Positions 34,902 to 44,297 of a DNA stretch of 64,000 nucleotides are shown piece by piece. The position numbers and the translations under genes were made by a program. The stretch covers positions 62,001 through 126,000 of IMG/VR virus record IMGVR_UViG_3300014720_000001. The stretch is one strand, 5' to 3'. Position 1 is the stretch's first letter. The number at the start of each line of letters is the position of its first letter. The notes beneath the pieces are model-generated. The model was not told the origin of the DNA, ran no database searches, and was given only the letters and a program-made list of their open reading frames with translations.

Positions 34902-37085
34902 TTATTTGGCGGAATCGGCGGCATCGTCGTCGTCCAGAATGCTCTTGCTGGCTTGGGGTTTGGCGTCTGGATATTTTAACAGCCGGCGCTTCTTTTTTGA
35001 AAGCGGGCGTTTCGGGGTGTCCGGCGTGAGTTTAAGCGACTGAAATACCGCGCTTTCTTTCTCTTGACTGTCGTCTTGTAGTAACAATTTGCGTCGGCGT
35101 TTGAGATACTTTTGTAACTCTTGCTCCTGATACGCTTCGAGCATAGTTTTAACGCGATCAGACCTAGCCGGTGCGACTAACTTAGTGGGATCAATCGCCC
35201 AGTGTTGCAGCGCCCAGCCGCGTCTTGGCGTGGGATTGGTCATGAACGGCCCGCCATGGCGCGCCTTGAAGCTCGCCCAGCGCTTAATTTGCCGCGCATC
35301 TTCGTCGGGGATCCGGCGGCCTGAGTTATAGTTCTGGTACCACTCCAGCCAGCCCTTCGGATCATGCTCGGTGACCCATTCCGGCTTCCACTCTCCCAGA
35401 CTGGCTAAGCGCGGGCCTTCTTTCTCATACAGCGACTTGTACACACCCATGCGATGCAGCTGGCCGGGTGTAAAGTCAGGCTGAAAAGCGGGCAGCTCGG
35501 CGCCCTGCTTCTCTTGTTCTTTCTGCTTGCGGTACTTGTCGCCCTCTTCTTTCAAGATCTTGCGGAAGATCTCGTTGAGCTGTTCTTTCTCGGCGGTGAG
35601 GTGTTCGAGCACTTCGTCGCCGGTGCGCTCGCGCTTGTAGCCCATGAGCTTGCCCACCATGCTCGGGGCTTGGCTGGCGCTTAGATATCTTTGCACTTGG
35701 ACGTTCTTGAGTTCTTCTGGCAGATCACGGTGCGAGTCAAAACGTAAGCCGCGGCCACGAGCTTGCTGGCTGCGTGACTCGTGCCAGTGCGGGTCTAAGA
35801 GCTGGATAAGACTCGTGCCCTTGGTAGACAAGCCCTCGGCGCCAGCAGGGCCAATGAGTAACGCCCGGAGCTTGCCTTGGTTGTATGCGTCCACAGCGGC
35901 TTGGCGCGCCTTTGAGCTAACGCCGCCATGGAAAAACGCATGCGGGATCTTGGCTTTCTCTAGGCCCGCAGCATAAGGGGCCAAGCCAGAGTCAATGAAA
36001 TTGGAGTAGATAATAGCTTTCTTGCGCTTGTCTTCGCCCAGCGTCTTCTGCAAGTTCTGAAAGGCTGTCTGAAGCTTGGCGCTCTGCTGAAACGCTTTGG
36101 CCGGGTCTTTGTCGGCACGAAACGGCTGCGTGGATAAGCTCACTTGGCGCAGACCAGTTAAGAAGCTATTTAACTTCGCCAGCTCGTCTTTAGATAGCGG
36201 AAACTCTTGGTCCAGCTTCCAGAGAAACCCGGGCGGAATCTTGGTACGAATAGCTTTTTGAATCTTGTCTTGCGCAGGAGACAGGGGCACGCGCACGACT
36301 TCTTCTTTGACGTCCACTCCTTCGGGCGTCTTGCTGGGCTGGTAATCCACTTTGCCCTGTAGAAGCTGGCGCAGTTCCTTCTCGTTCTTGACGACTGGCT
36401 TCACACCCGGCTTCACGCCCCGCAGCCAGCCAAACAAACCCGGTTTAACAGTCTTGTAGTCGATGTAGCGCTTTTCGAACTCTTCCGGCGTGATCGATTT
36501 GTTGTGCAGCATGGACAGCAAATTCGCCAGATCCGTGGGCGAATTCGTGATCGGCGAACCAGTAAGTAACATTAAACGGTTCGCTTGGGCAGCAGCTTCG
36601 GCAGCTCCGGCAGAACTGGCGCTCCCCGGATTGCGTAATCTATGCGCCTCGTCCATAATCAGCGTCTTGGGCGGCTTCTGGAACTTCTTGCCCAGCGCCA
36701 ATCCCGTGTAGCTCATGATCTCAGGATTAGAGTTACGCGTGAACTTCTTGATCTCTTTGTCGAAGTTGCCACGTAAACTGGCCGGGACCACCACGCCGTA
36801 CTCTTCGCCGTCCTGCTCTTTGGCGGCTTCTGCAGCAGCCAATGAAGACAGCGATTTGCCGGACCCTAGGCCGTGATAGACAAGTAATCTGGGATCGGGG
36901 CCCGCGATCCTGTCGGCAATGCGTTGCTGGTGCTCTTGCAGTTGAATATCGGGCAGAAGTTCGGCTTGTTTACTGCTGCCAAATTGGCGCTCAGAATTTC
37001 CGGCTGCCAATTCGGCCACTTTAGTCCAGACGCTCTCGGGCAGCGCGGACTTGTGGGGCGCAGAATCGTCGAGAATGCTGTTCAT
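34902..37085 (-). CDS. SNF2-like superfamily 2 helicase with an added C-terminal module
   Basis: HGLGSGKS, IMDEAH, LLTGSPITN, GAEGLSTKG, QARGRGLR; second module GWLEWY..Y..GRR..DEDARQIKRW. Confidence 0.85.
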   Translation of the reverse strand: MNSILDDSAPHKSALPESVWTKVAELAAGNSERQFGSSKQAELLPDIQLQEHQQRIADRIAGPDPRLLVYHGLGSGKSLSSLAAAEAAKEQDGEEYGVVVPASLRGNFDKEIKKFTRNSNPEIMSYTGLALGKKFQKPPKTLIMDEAHRLRNPGSASSAGAAEAAAQANRLMLLTGSPITNSPTDLANLLSMLHNKSITPEEFEKRYIDYKTVKPGLFGWLRGVKPGVKPVVKNEKELRQLLQGKVDYQPSKTPEGVDVKEEVVRVPLSPAQDKIQKAIRTKIPPGFLWKLDQEFPLSKDELAKLNSFLTGLRQVSLSTQPFRADKDPAKAFQQSAKLQTAFQNLQKTLGEDKRKKAIIYSNFIDSGLAPYAAGLEKAKIPHAFFHGGVSSKARQAAVDAYNQGKLRALLIGPAGAEGLSTKGTSLIQLLDPHWHESRSQQARGRGLRFDSHRDLPEELKNVQVQRYLSASQAPSMVGKLMGYKRERTGDEVLEHLTAEKEQLNEIFRKILKEEGDKYRKQKEQEKQGAELPAFQPDFTPGQLHRMGVYKSLYEKEGPRLASLGEWKPEWVTEHDPKGWLEWYQNYNSGRRIPDEDARQIKRWASFKARHGGPFMTNPTPRRGWALQHWAIDPTKLVAPARSDRVKTMLEAYQEQELQKYLKRRRKLLLQDDSQEKESAVFQSLKLTPDTPKRPLSKKKRRLLKYPDAKPQASKSILDDDDAADSAK

Positions 37086-37099
37086 GGCGGCCGGGCGAG

Positions 37100-37966
37100 T
37101 TATTTTGACGCGCTGTTATCTAAATCAGCGACTGGAGTCGGCCCCAGTGTAGCCTGTGCCGCCAGCTCGCGCTCCTGCTGCTGGATCTGCAATTCTACCC
37201 AATCCCGGTACAAACTCACACGGACAAATGCCGCCTCGTCGGCGTAGTTGCCGTTGGGCGTCTTGTCGTCGTGCATCAGAAACGAGTTAATCCCCGCTAA
37301 CTTATTGCCGATGAACATCCCGCCCCCTGAGTCGCCGGGCGCAATGAGAAATTCCAGCGGCATGCGCCCTTTGCCGGCCGTGGGCTTGCAGAACAAGACT
37401 GCATCCGCCGAGCTTTCAATGACGTTGTGCCCCGCCCGCCGTTTGCCGTCGGAGTCTTGAGTGACGCCAGTTGTAAACGTGCCGTGCGAACCAAAGCCGG
37501 CAATCGTGATCGCTTTGCCCAGCTCGTCTTGGTCTGTGTACAGCGGCGTATAGAACTCTAGCTTGAAGTCTTCCGGGCTATAGCACAGCGCCAGATCATG
37601 CCAGCCCACGCGGTTCTCTTCATAGTCTTTGTGCCGGACCATGCGCGCGACGGGATATTCTTTGCCCTCTGCCGTGATCACCGTCTGCTCAAACGTGTTA
37701 TTTACAACGTGCGCTGCTGTTAAGACCCAGTGCGGGCGAATGACCACCGCCGAGCCCAGCTGCGTGTGTTCTTTTTGCGGGCAGTCGGGATTCGAGCACT
37801 TCACTTTGGCCCGCAGCCGCACCACGCTGGGAAACTGCTTGCCGAACTCCAGATACTTCTCGTCTGGCGTACCGGGGTCGCGGGTGCCGGCCAGCGCCAC
37901 ACGTGACGCGACGAGCAGAATGATCACAAAGCGCAGCAGGCGGGCAAATAGTTCTTGCACGTTCAT
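37100..37966 (-). CDS. Trypsin-like serine protease (S1), exported
   Basis: WVLTAAHV, HDLAL and GDSGGG catalytic triad; N-terminal hydrophobic segment. Confidence 0.9.
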   Translation of the reverse strand: MNVQELFARLLRFVIILLVASRVALAGTRDPGTPDEKYLEFGKQFPSVVRLRAKVKCSNPDCPQKEHTQLGSAVVIRPHWVLTAAHVVNNTFEQTVITAEGKEYPVARMVRHKDYEENRVGWHDLALCYSPEDFKLEFYTPLYTDQDELGKAITIAGFGSHGTFTTGVTQDSDGKRRAGHNVIESSADAVLFCKPTAGKGRMPLEFLIAPGDSGGGMFIGNKLAGINSFLMHDDKTPNGNYADEAAFVRVSLYRDWVELQIQQQERELAAQATLGPTPVADLDNSASK

Positions 37967-38009
37967 GGCAAGCCCCCAGTCTTTTTAGATATGTAAGTAG
38001 TGTGCTATC

Positions 38010-39824
38010 TCATACTTGTTGTGGTTGCAGGAGTTTCATTGACTTCGCGAACATGTGTGGATCAAGCTTGGGTGGCAGCGGCTTGGCGGGCGGAGCTTTG
38101 AGCGAGTTACCAACTGCCCCGGCGCCGTAACCAGCCGCGCCCATGAGCCCCGCGGCGCCAAGGCCCAGCAGCGTCCGGTTGCGGGCCATGAGATTCAGAC
38201 CCTTCTGGACGAGCGGCTTGTTGGTAATGCCAAGAATCTTCACGCCCGGCCGTGTTAATAGCGTGCTCGGCAAGACATCCATGTGCGAGAGCTGCGGTTT
38301 CACGGCGCCCACATCGTCAAGCACCTTTGAGACCATCGAGCCGCAGTGGTTGCCCCAGCAGGTCGAGCCTTGGCCGCGGCCGCCAATAAACGGAATCTTC
38401 TGCAGCCACGGAAACTTCCGGCGCAGCATGTTAATGCCCAGCACTTCTTTGGCTCCGGCACCAATGGCGGCCGTACTGGCGTAGCCCTTGTTCGTCTCTT
38501 TGTTTAATGACTTGATCAGCTGGTCGGTATCAATGTGATCGCCGGCCCGCGCATAGATCGTGCCGCGGGGCTTGCCGGAGTAATAACCGTCCGGAAACAG
38601 CTGCGACTTGTCGCGCATAGCATCGTCGTACACGTTATCAATGCCCAGAATCGAGTCGCCAGCGTTGAACTTGAACGGGCGTTTCTTGGCGTCGAGCCTG
38701 CCGGCCGCCATAGCGCGCCTGTTCTCCGCCAGCGCTTTTTGCAACACACTCAGACTGACTCCGTTTCGGGATGCAATCTCTTTTTGTGTAGCTTCCGGCA
38801 GCGTGTGCAGGATCTTGAATATCGGATCGTGCACCTCGTCGAGCATTGCGCCGCCGTGATGCAATGTCGGAATCAGCCGCTCGAACGCCTTGGGTTTAAA
38901 TAACTTTGAGCGGCGCAGCGCATTCGTCGGCATGCCCACTTCATCAATCGCTTTGGTAATTTCTTCAGCCAGCGCCGGCGAAGCTTTGGTGCCCCGCTGC
39001 CGAAATAAATCAGCCAATGCTTTGAGCCGGTCTTTCTTGGCCAGACTCTCGGGCGTATTAGGATTCACACCCAGCGCCCGCACGTTGTCCATGACTTTGC
39101 GCGCCTTGGCCTGCGGTGTGTTCTCAAAGAACTCGCGCAGGCGGCCTTTGGCTGGATATGTGCCGCCTGTGGGTGTCGTGCGCTCCGGCGTCAGAAACGT
39201 CTTGAAGTTTTTGACTAACTTATCGCGCTGGGCGACTAATTTACTGGTGTCAGCGCCCGTGGCTTTAGCTTCTTGGATCTGCCGCGACAGCGCCCACAGC
39301 CGGGCTTTCATCAGGCCGTACTTGTCGCCGCCGCCCTCGAAAGCCGTGTAGCGTGCGGTACGTTTTGCGGCGTCACGAATAAACTTGCGCCGATTACGGG
39401 CCAACGCCGGGCTGTAGACTTCGCCAGCGTCGTTGACCAAGAATGACAAGGCGGGTGGCCGGCCCCCTTCGGGCGTGTTCGTGAGCTTGAAAGGAGCTTG
39501 AATGTGCGGGCCGACCATTTGGCCGTGCATGCCCGGGCCGCCAGATGCTGCGCCTGAGCCCTGAATCAAGAAGTTCACCAAGCCGCCGTCGTTACTCTGC
39601 TGTAATCCAGACAGCCCAAAGTCACCGGGGCGAAGGGTCTTGAGCGCCTGCGCAACGTCTACATTGCCGTTGCCGAGCGTCCAGTCCGGCGCGTCTTTCA
39701 GCGCCTTGCGGTACTTGGGAAGCGTGCTGAGCAGGTATTCCAACAGGCTGAGCGTAGGTAGAGCTGCGCCCGCCGTGGCACCAATGGGCCGCAGATCGAC
39801 GCCGTTTTCGTCGCTTGGGGGCAT
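38010..39824 (-). CDS. Membrane-associated protein with a possible permuted papain-like (YiiX/YaeF-type) amidase domain
   Basis: LRPGDF...MHGQMV near the N-terminus; HCGSMVSKVL...VLPSTLL near the C-terminus; hydrophobic Gly-rich ends. Confidence 0.45.
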   Translation of the reverse strand: MPPSDENGVDLRPIGATAGAALPTLSLLEYLLSTLPKYRKALKDAPDWTLGNGNVDVAQALKTLRPGDFGLSGLQQSNDGGLVNFLIQGSGAASGGPGMHGQMVGPHIQAPFKLTNTPEGGRPPALSFLVNDAGEVYSPALARNRRKFIRDAAKRTARYTAFEGGGDKYGLMKARLWALSRQIQEAKATGADTSKLVAQRDKLVKNFKTFLTPERTTPTGGTYPAKGRLREFFENTPQAKARKVMDNVRALGVNPNTPESLAKKDRLKALADLFRQRGTKASPALAEEITKAIDEVGMPTNALRRSKLFKPKAFERLIPTLHHGGAMLDEVHDPIFKILHTLPEATQKEIASRNGVSLSVLQKALAENRRAMAAGRLDAKKRPFKFNAGDSILGIDNVYDDAMRDKSQLFPDGYYSGKPRGTIYARAGDHIDTDQLIKSLNKETNKGYASTAAIGAGAKEVLGINMLRRKFPWLQKIPFIGGRGQGSTCWGNHCGSMVSKVLDDVGAVKPQLSHMDVLPSTLLTRPGVKILGITNKPLVQKGLNLMARNRTLLGLGAAGLMGAAGYGAGAVGNSLKAPPAKPLPPKLDPHMFAKSMKLLQPQQV

Positions 39825-40006
39825 AGTCTGTCTGCCGTTTTGCTAACAATATCTCGCCCATTCTACTGCGCTTTATTCTATTACAACAGCGCCGCCGGGC
39901 AGAAAACAGTTATTGGCGGGGCAAAATAGTTACCAGAGCGCTGATAGCTAAAAAAACGCTTACGCGTGCGGAGCCGTCGCCTCCGCTGCCTACAAATTAT
40001 TAACGC

Positions 40007-40306
40007 TCAGAACCACCGATTCAGGCAGTCTTCCAAGGAGCGTGTAATCGTCGTGCCGTGGATCACACGCTCCCACGCGATTCCATATTCGCGTGTATCG
40101 CCGCGAAGATCGGCAGACTTGGCAATCGTCTCTTCGCATCGCACACATGTACGCACACAGTCCAGCGTCTCGGCGAAAATTCGCTTGACTGTCTCGCTGG
40201 AGCCGAAATTGCGGTGGCATTCCATTGCGTGCGTCTCCATCGCAAACAGGTCGTTAGCAAAACGCTCTTCGTCCGCACGCTGCAGGGTGCCGGTCATCGT
40301 CGTCAT
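40007..40306 (-). CDS. Hypothetical protein
   Basis: 99 aa; SD AAGGAG. Confidence 0.6.
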   Translation of the reverse strand: MTTMTGTLQRADEERFANDLFAMETHAMECHRNFGSSETVKRIFAETLDCVRTCVRCEETIAKSADLRGDTREYGIAWERVIHGTTITRSLEDCLNRWF

Positions 40307-40361
40307 GTTATTACTCCTTAAAACGGGGTGAAAGAAAGAATGCCACGAACGCGGACGAACA

Positions 40362-40643
40362 CTACTCCGGAGTGTAGAAAAACTGCTCTACCATCCGGGT
40401 GTGTTCGCCGTCGTGACGCACCAGCTGAATGATGTACACATCAGCGGCGGGGTTCTTGGGGTCGCGGCACTCCGGGCGGTACGTGGCATACAGACGGAAA
40501 CCAGCCGTCAGCGACACCGCGTCCATGTAGTCCCGATCGTCGATCAGCCGCTCGATGTCGTCTGCTTCGAACCCGTGCGCCGCCATCTTCCAGTCAGCGG
40601 CATTGTAGTTCAGAACTTCGACGTCCATGGTGACAGTGTTCAT
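40362..40643 (-). CDS. Hypothetical protein
   Basis: 93 aa; SD AAGGAG; downstream of promoter-motif copy 1. Confidence 0.65.
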   Translation of the reverse strand: MNTVTMDVEVLNYNAADWKMAAHGFEADDIERLIDDRDYMDAVSLTAGFRLYATYRPECRDPKNPAADVYIIQLVRHDGEHTRMVEQFFYTPE

Positions 40644-40720
40644 GCGATACTCCTTGGGTAGAACAATACGGCTGGAGACACAACACGTGGCTTACCAGCA
40701 AAGAGCTAGGCTCCTTACTA

Positions 40721-40750
40721 GATATACCCGGGTTTTGCCCGATATTTAGC
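40721..40750 (-). promoter_or_regulatory. Phage promoter-like motif, copy 1
   Basis: Minus strand GCTAAATATC-GGGCAAAACC-CGGGTATATC. Confidence 0.7.
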
Positions 40751-40776
40751 TCCGGGCTTTGATAGCTAAACAAAAG

Positions 40777-40817
40777 CCTGCAGCCCCGGGGCTTGGGCGG
40801 CACCCGGGGTCTGCAGG
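40777..40817 (-). terminator. Intrinsic terminator
   Basis: CCTGCAG...CTGCAGG hairpin followed by CTTTTGTTT on the minus strand; lies after 40832..41539. Confidence 0.6.
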
Positions 40818-40831
40818 ACTTTGTTACTGCA

Positions 40832-41539
40832 CTAGGCAGCGGCCACGGCGGCCTTGGCGCGCAGCGCCTTCACCTTCGCCTCGACGGCGGGGAGGATCCG
40901 CGCCAGCGTGCTCTCCTGCACGCCGCCCTCGAACAGCCCGTAGAGAGCGCCCGAGGTGCAACCACCGGAGACCGCGGCGAACAACAGCGCCGTGGCCTTG
41001 GTGATCGTCTCACCAGCGCCGAGGCTGGCTGCGAGGCTGCCCGTCGTGACACCGACCGCGAGGCCGACCGTCGCGCCCACGCCGATCGCAGCGGCAGCCG
41101 CGACCAGCTTGAGCATGCCGGCGTTGATGTCACTCACGTTCATGGAGCTAACCAGCGCATGAACGGCGGTCAGCGCCTTCTTGGCCCGACCGTAGGCCGC
41201 GTTGGCCATCTCCTTGACCCACGCCACCATCGCCGCCACGGCTTCCGCGAACGCGTTGTACACGCGGCCGAGGAACGCCCAGACACCGCTGGCGATCTTC
41301 TGGATCGCATCAGCGAGCGTGCTGAGCACCGAGGAGACACCGGCGCCGAGGACCGACACGGTGTCGACCGCCAGCGCGCTGGCGCGGCTCAGCAGGCTCT
41401 CGTCGGCGAGGGCCTGCTGAACGATCGCGTCGATCTCAGCGTCGGTCAGCTCGGGCTTCTTGACCCGGTTGACCTTGCCGACCTTGACCTTCGCCTTAAC
41501 GCCGCGGGTCTTGGCGGGGATCTTCTTCGTCGCACTCAT
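40832..41539 (-). CDS. Ala-rich membrane protein with a Lys-rich N-terminus
   Basis: 235 aa; AAGGAG SD; GC-rich coding sequence. Confidence 0.7.
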   Translation of the reverse strand: MSATKKIPAKTRGVKAKVKVGKVNRVKKPELTDAEIDAIVQQALADESLLSRASALAVDTVSVLGAGVSSVLSTLADAIQKIASGVWAFLGRVYNAFAEAVAAMVAWVKEMANAAYGRAKKALTAVHALVSSMNVSDINAGMLKLVAAAAAIGVGATVGLAVGVTTGSLAASLGAGETITKATALLFAAVSGGCTSGALYGLFEGGVQESTLARILPAVEAKVKALRAKAAVAAA

Positions 41540-41627
41540 CTGATCAGCTCCTTAAACATGAGGACATCGATTGCGCAGAAACCCATGCAATCCGTCTGGG
41601 GACGCCAATAACACATTGGCATCATTA

Positions 41628-41657
41628 GATATACCCGGCTTTTCGGCTTTATTTAGC
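41628..41657 (-). promoter_or_regulatory. Phage promoter-like motif, copy 2
   Basis: Minus strand GCTAAATAAA-GCCGAAAAGC-CGGGTATATC. Confidence 0.7.
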
Positions 41658-41659
41658 TA

Positions 41660-42751
41660 TCAGCCGTTATTCCGGGTTTTCACCACCATCTGCTGCCGGG
41701 AGGGCCACAATACCATCTGTTGCATTGTGTCCTCGTCGGTTGCGTCGGCCAGTAACTGCAGAGCTGTCACGGGCCGCTGCGCAATACTTTCTTTGCGCTC
41801 GTCGGTCAGGCTGTTGCGCAGCACAGCCTTGAGCGCGTCATACCGGGGATACGTCACCCATCCTTCAGCTTTGTCCGGGTTGTACTCTTCGTACTTCCTG
41901 TGGACATAGTGATTGGTTTGCACCAGCCCGTTACGTCTGGTGCGGATGGCGTCGTCATCTCCGACATGCGTTACAACAGTGTGTTCGTGGGCTTTGGAGC
42001 CGACCACGTGCGCAAAGAACGGCACGATGGTTTCATAACTCCGTAATCCCAGTACCAGACTGTTGTAACTCTTTGGCAACAGGTCGCACGCTGCTCGGAC
42101 TCCCTGTAACACGGGCCATTTAAAGAGCAGCTTGGGCGCCCGCAACCAATTAAACACACTGTCAAACAGGTTCAGCGGTTTGTAAACAACCGGAGCCTGA
42201 TTGACAGTAACCGCCCATGAATCACCCATGGCAGAGATCACGCCCACCATGCCCGCCACGCCTACAGATGTATAGGCTTGCCGACCACGATGAAAGCGAA
42301 AGATCCGCGTGTGCCGGCCAGTACTGCGCGGCACAACCCAGTCCATGTTGCGGACCAGCACGGGGGACTTGTCGACCTCGAAGCTGATGCTGGAGCACCC
42401 ACAACCGTACATCTCAGCTAGAGACGTAAAGTCATAGATGAGGTTTCCCAGCATGAGCTTACCCACAGGAACTTCTGCGTGCTTGGCAATGCACGCTAAC
42501 TCCTGTGTGTAATCTTCGCCAAACATGTCCACGATTTGGCGAAGTAACCAACCGCCGCCATTGGCCAACATGTGCACAGCCGCCATGAGCGGACCGGGCA
42601 AGTTTGGCGCCAATGTCTCCTCGATTTCTGTTTCCACGTCGTCGAGAAGGGACTGAATGGCGTCTCCGTTTTGGATAGCAAAATCAGTCCAGCGCGTATC
42701 AGCCGGCTCGTCGAGGTCGATGTCCCAGACCTTGCCTGTGTAGAGCTTCAT
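41660..42751 (-). CDS. Ntn-hydrolase (peptidase C45 / acid ceramidase-like)
   Basis: Internal nucleophile CSSI, VRNMDW, GMVGVISAM, QTNHY. Confidence 0.75.
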   Translation of the reverse strand: MKLYTGKVWDIDLDEPADTRWTDFAIQNGDAIQSLLDDVETEIEETLAPNLPGPLMAAVHMLANGGGWLLRQIVDMFGEDYTQELACIAKHAEVPVGKLMLGNLIYDFTSLAEMYGCGCSSISFEVDKSPVLVRNMDWVVPRSTGRHTRIFRFHRGRQAYTSVGVAGMVGVISAMGDSWAVTVNQAPVVYKPLNLFDSVFNWLRAPKLLFKWPVLQGVRAACDLLPKSYNSLVLGLRSYETIVPFFAHVVGSKAHEHTVVTHVGDDDAIRTRRNGLVQTNHYVHRKYEEYNPDKAEGWVTYPRYDALKAVLRNSLTDERKESIAQRPVTALQLLADATDEDTMQQMVLWPSRQQMVVKTRNNG

Positions 42752-42928
42752 CTGGGCACCTCCTCCTGTGCGCGCCAGAGAATCCTGACACGCACGGGCT
42801 TGGCGGGTATTGGCGGCACATGAAGAAGCAGACGCCGCTCAATGCGGGCAATCCGTTTTTCCACGCTGGCCATCGCTCGCTCAAACCGCTGCTCAGGCGG
42901 GACAGGGAACAGGAACAGCATGATGCGC

Positions 42929-43162
42929 TTAACCATTGCGCACCGCCTGTTCCAGCAGCTCGACACGCCTGTACAGCACGTCGAAAGACTGCGCCCGGAT
43001 TTTGTCCATCTCGACGATCTTTTCCATCAGGTCGAGCAGGCGCAGCTGGGCTTTCTCTAGCTGCGCGACCCGATTACGCAGGTCAACGATCCGTCCCTTG
43101 TCGGTCTGCGGTAGATCGACGGGGAACAGGGACCCAATGTCGGTCTCAAACATCTGACTCAT
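42929..43162 (-). CDS. Small coiled-coil protein
   Basis: 77 aa; downstream of promoter-motif copy 3. Confidence 0.55.
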   Translation of the reverse strand: MSQMFETDIGSLFPVDLPQTDKGRIVDLRNRVAQLEKAQLRLLDLMEKIVEMDKIRAQSFDVLYRRVELLEQAVRNG

Positions 43163-43235
43163 CGGTCATTCTCCTTGGCCGCGCAGAAGCGGCAGAGAGG
43201 GTTCAGAACCACCCAATACACTATGGGCGTCACTG

Positions 43236-43265
43236 AATATGACCGGAATCAGGCTTTTATTTAGC
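43236..43265 (-). promoter_or_regulatory. Phage promoter-like motif, copy 3
   Basis: Minus strand GCTAAATAAA-AGCCTGATTC-CGGTCATATT; overlaps the AK-stop of 43257..44297. Confidence 0.7.
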
Positions 43266-44297
43266 TATCAGCGCATTGGCTAACTTAGCGCCAAATTCCA
43301 TCGCACTGGAGCACTTGCAGTTCCATTTGCGCAGGGATTTGTTAATGCGCGAGTCAGGGTCACTTTTGGTTTTTGCGCCGGTGTTAACACGTTTCATGCC
43401 GCACATCCGGGAGCAAAAAGAGTTCTGGCGCTTGGCTCGTTCGCCCTTGGGTTTACTCTCAGTCACGGGCGCTTTTAAGTTCCCGCCAGTCTCGCGCTCG
43501 TAGCTTTTGCGTCCCTTTTCGTTAAGCCCGCCTTCAGGATTCTTGCCAGCAGAACGTTGCCAAGCCGGAGTGCTGCCTAACTTCTCGCCGCCTACAGAGT
43601 TTGCCGTCCCAAACGCTGCGTTGCCTGTAATATCACCCGATGACGAGATGGCGCCATATGAATTAATCGGGTTGGCATTCGGAGAAGATCCGCCGCCTAC
43701 TGGAGGAAGCTGCCCGGAGGGTGCCGGCGAGCCCATATTCGGAGGCTGCGCGGCGGGGGCTTGCGCTTGACCTTGCGGGGCGGGAGCCTGCATCCCCATC
43801 GGCAGGGGAGTACCAGCGGCAGGCATGGCATAGCGTTTAATGCCGACGTTTGCAGGCTGCATGGCGGCCTCTCGGGCCTCCAGTTCAGCTCTTTCATTCT
43901 CTATGGCCTGCATTATGGGTTGCGACAAGACAGCAGAAAGCTTCGCCATCAGCTTGTTTACACCATAATTTGGCTTTGTTTCTGCATTACACCGCTCGCT
44001 CTTGGTCTTGGTGACTTGGGGTGGATTTTCGCCGGCTACAGTGGGCTTATCACTGTGCGGCTGAGTGATATACACCTCTTTGGTATCCGCTTTCTTGGAG
44101 AATTTCCTGTAAATATCGAGGGCGACAGAGTTTACAGCCGATTGTTTACTATTTGTTTCGGCTTTTTCAGGCTTCTTTTTGTCATATGCGTACATAGGAA
44201 GTTTCTTTTTGGTTGGATACTCGTGTGCCCAGCGTTTAGCAATGTCTGGATGCGCGGCCCAGAGGAACCGACGCTGTTTTTCTGATTGGAATGGCAC
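43257..44297 (-). CDS. Multi-module basic protein with a DUF6321-like C-terminal module
   Basis: N-terminal MPFQSEKQRRFLWAAHP module; C-terminal AWQRSAGKNPEGGLNEKGRKSY...FCSRM...SRINKSLRKWNC (family name recalled from memory). Confidence 0.65.
   Translation of the reverse strand: MPFQSEKQRRFLWAAHPDIAKRWAHEYPTKKKLPMYAYDKKKPEKAETNSKQSAVNSVALDIYRKFSKKADTKEVYITQPHSDKPTVAGENPPQVTKTKSERCNAETKPNYGVNKLMAKLSAVLSQPIMQAIENERAELEAREAAMQPANVGIKRYAMPAAGTPLPMGMQAPAPQGQAQAPAAQPPNMGSPAPSGQLPPVGGGSSPNANPINSYGAISSSGDITGNAAFGTANSVGGEKLGSTPAWQRSAGKNPEGGLNEKGRKSYERETGGNLKAPVTESKPKGERAKRQNSFCSRMCGMKRVNTGAKTKSDPDSRINKSLRKWNCKCSSAMEFGAKLANALIAK

Noticed and set aside
5590-39880. Possible late-promoter motif CAGTA(T/G/A)AAT or GTTACAAT upstream of structural genes (about 5600, 19355, 25825, 33940, 39865)
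   Set aside because: Too short and too variable to distinguish from chance or from ordinary -10 boxes without a motif-enrichment test.
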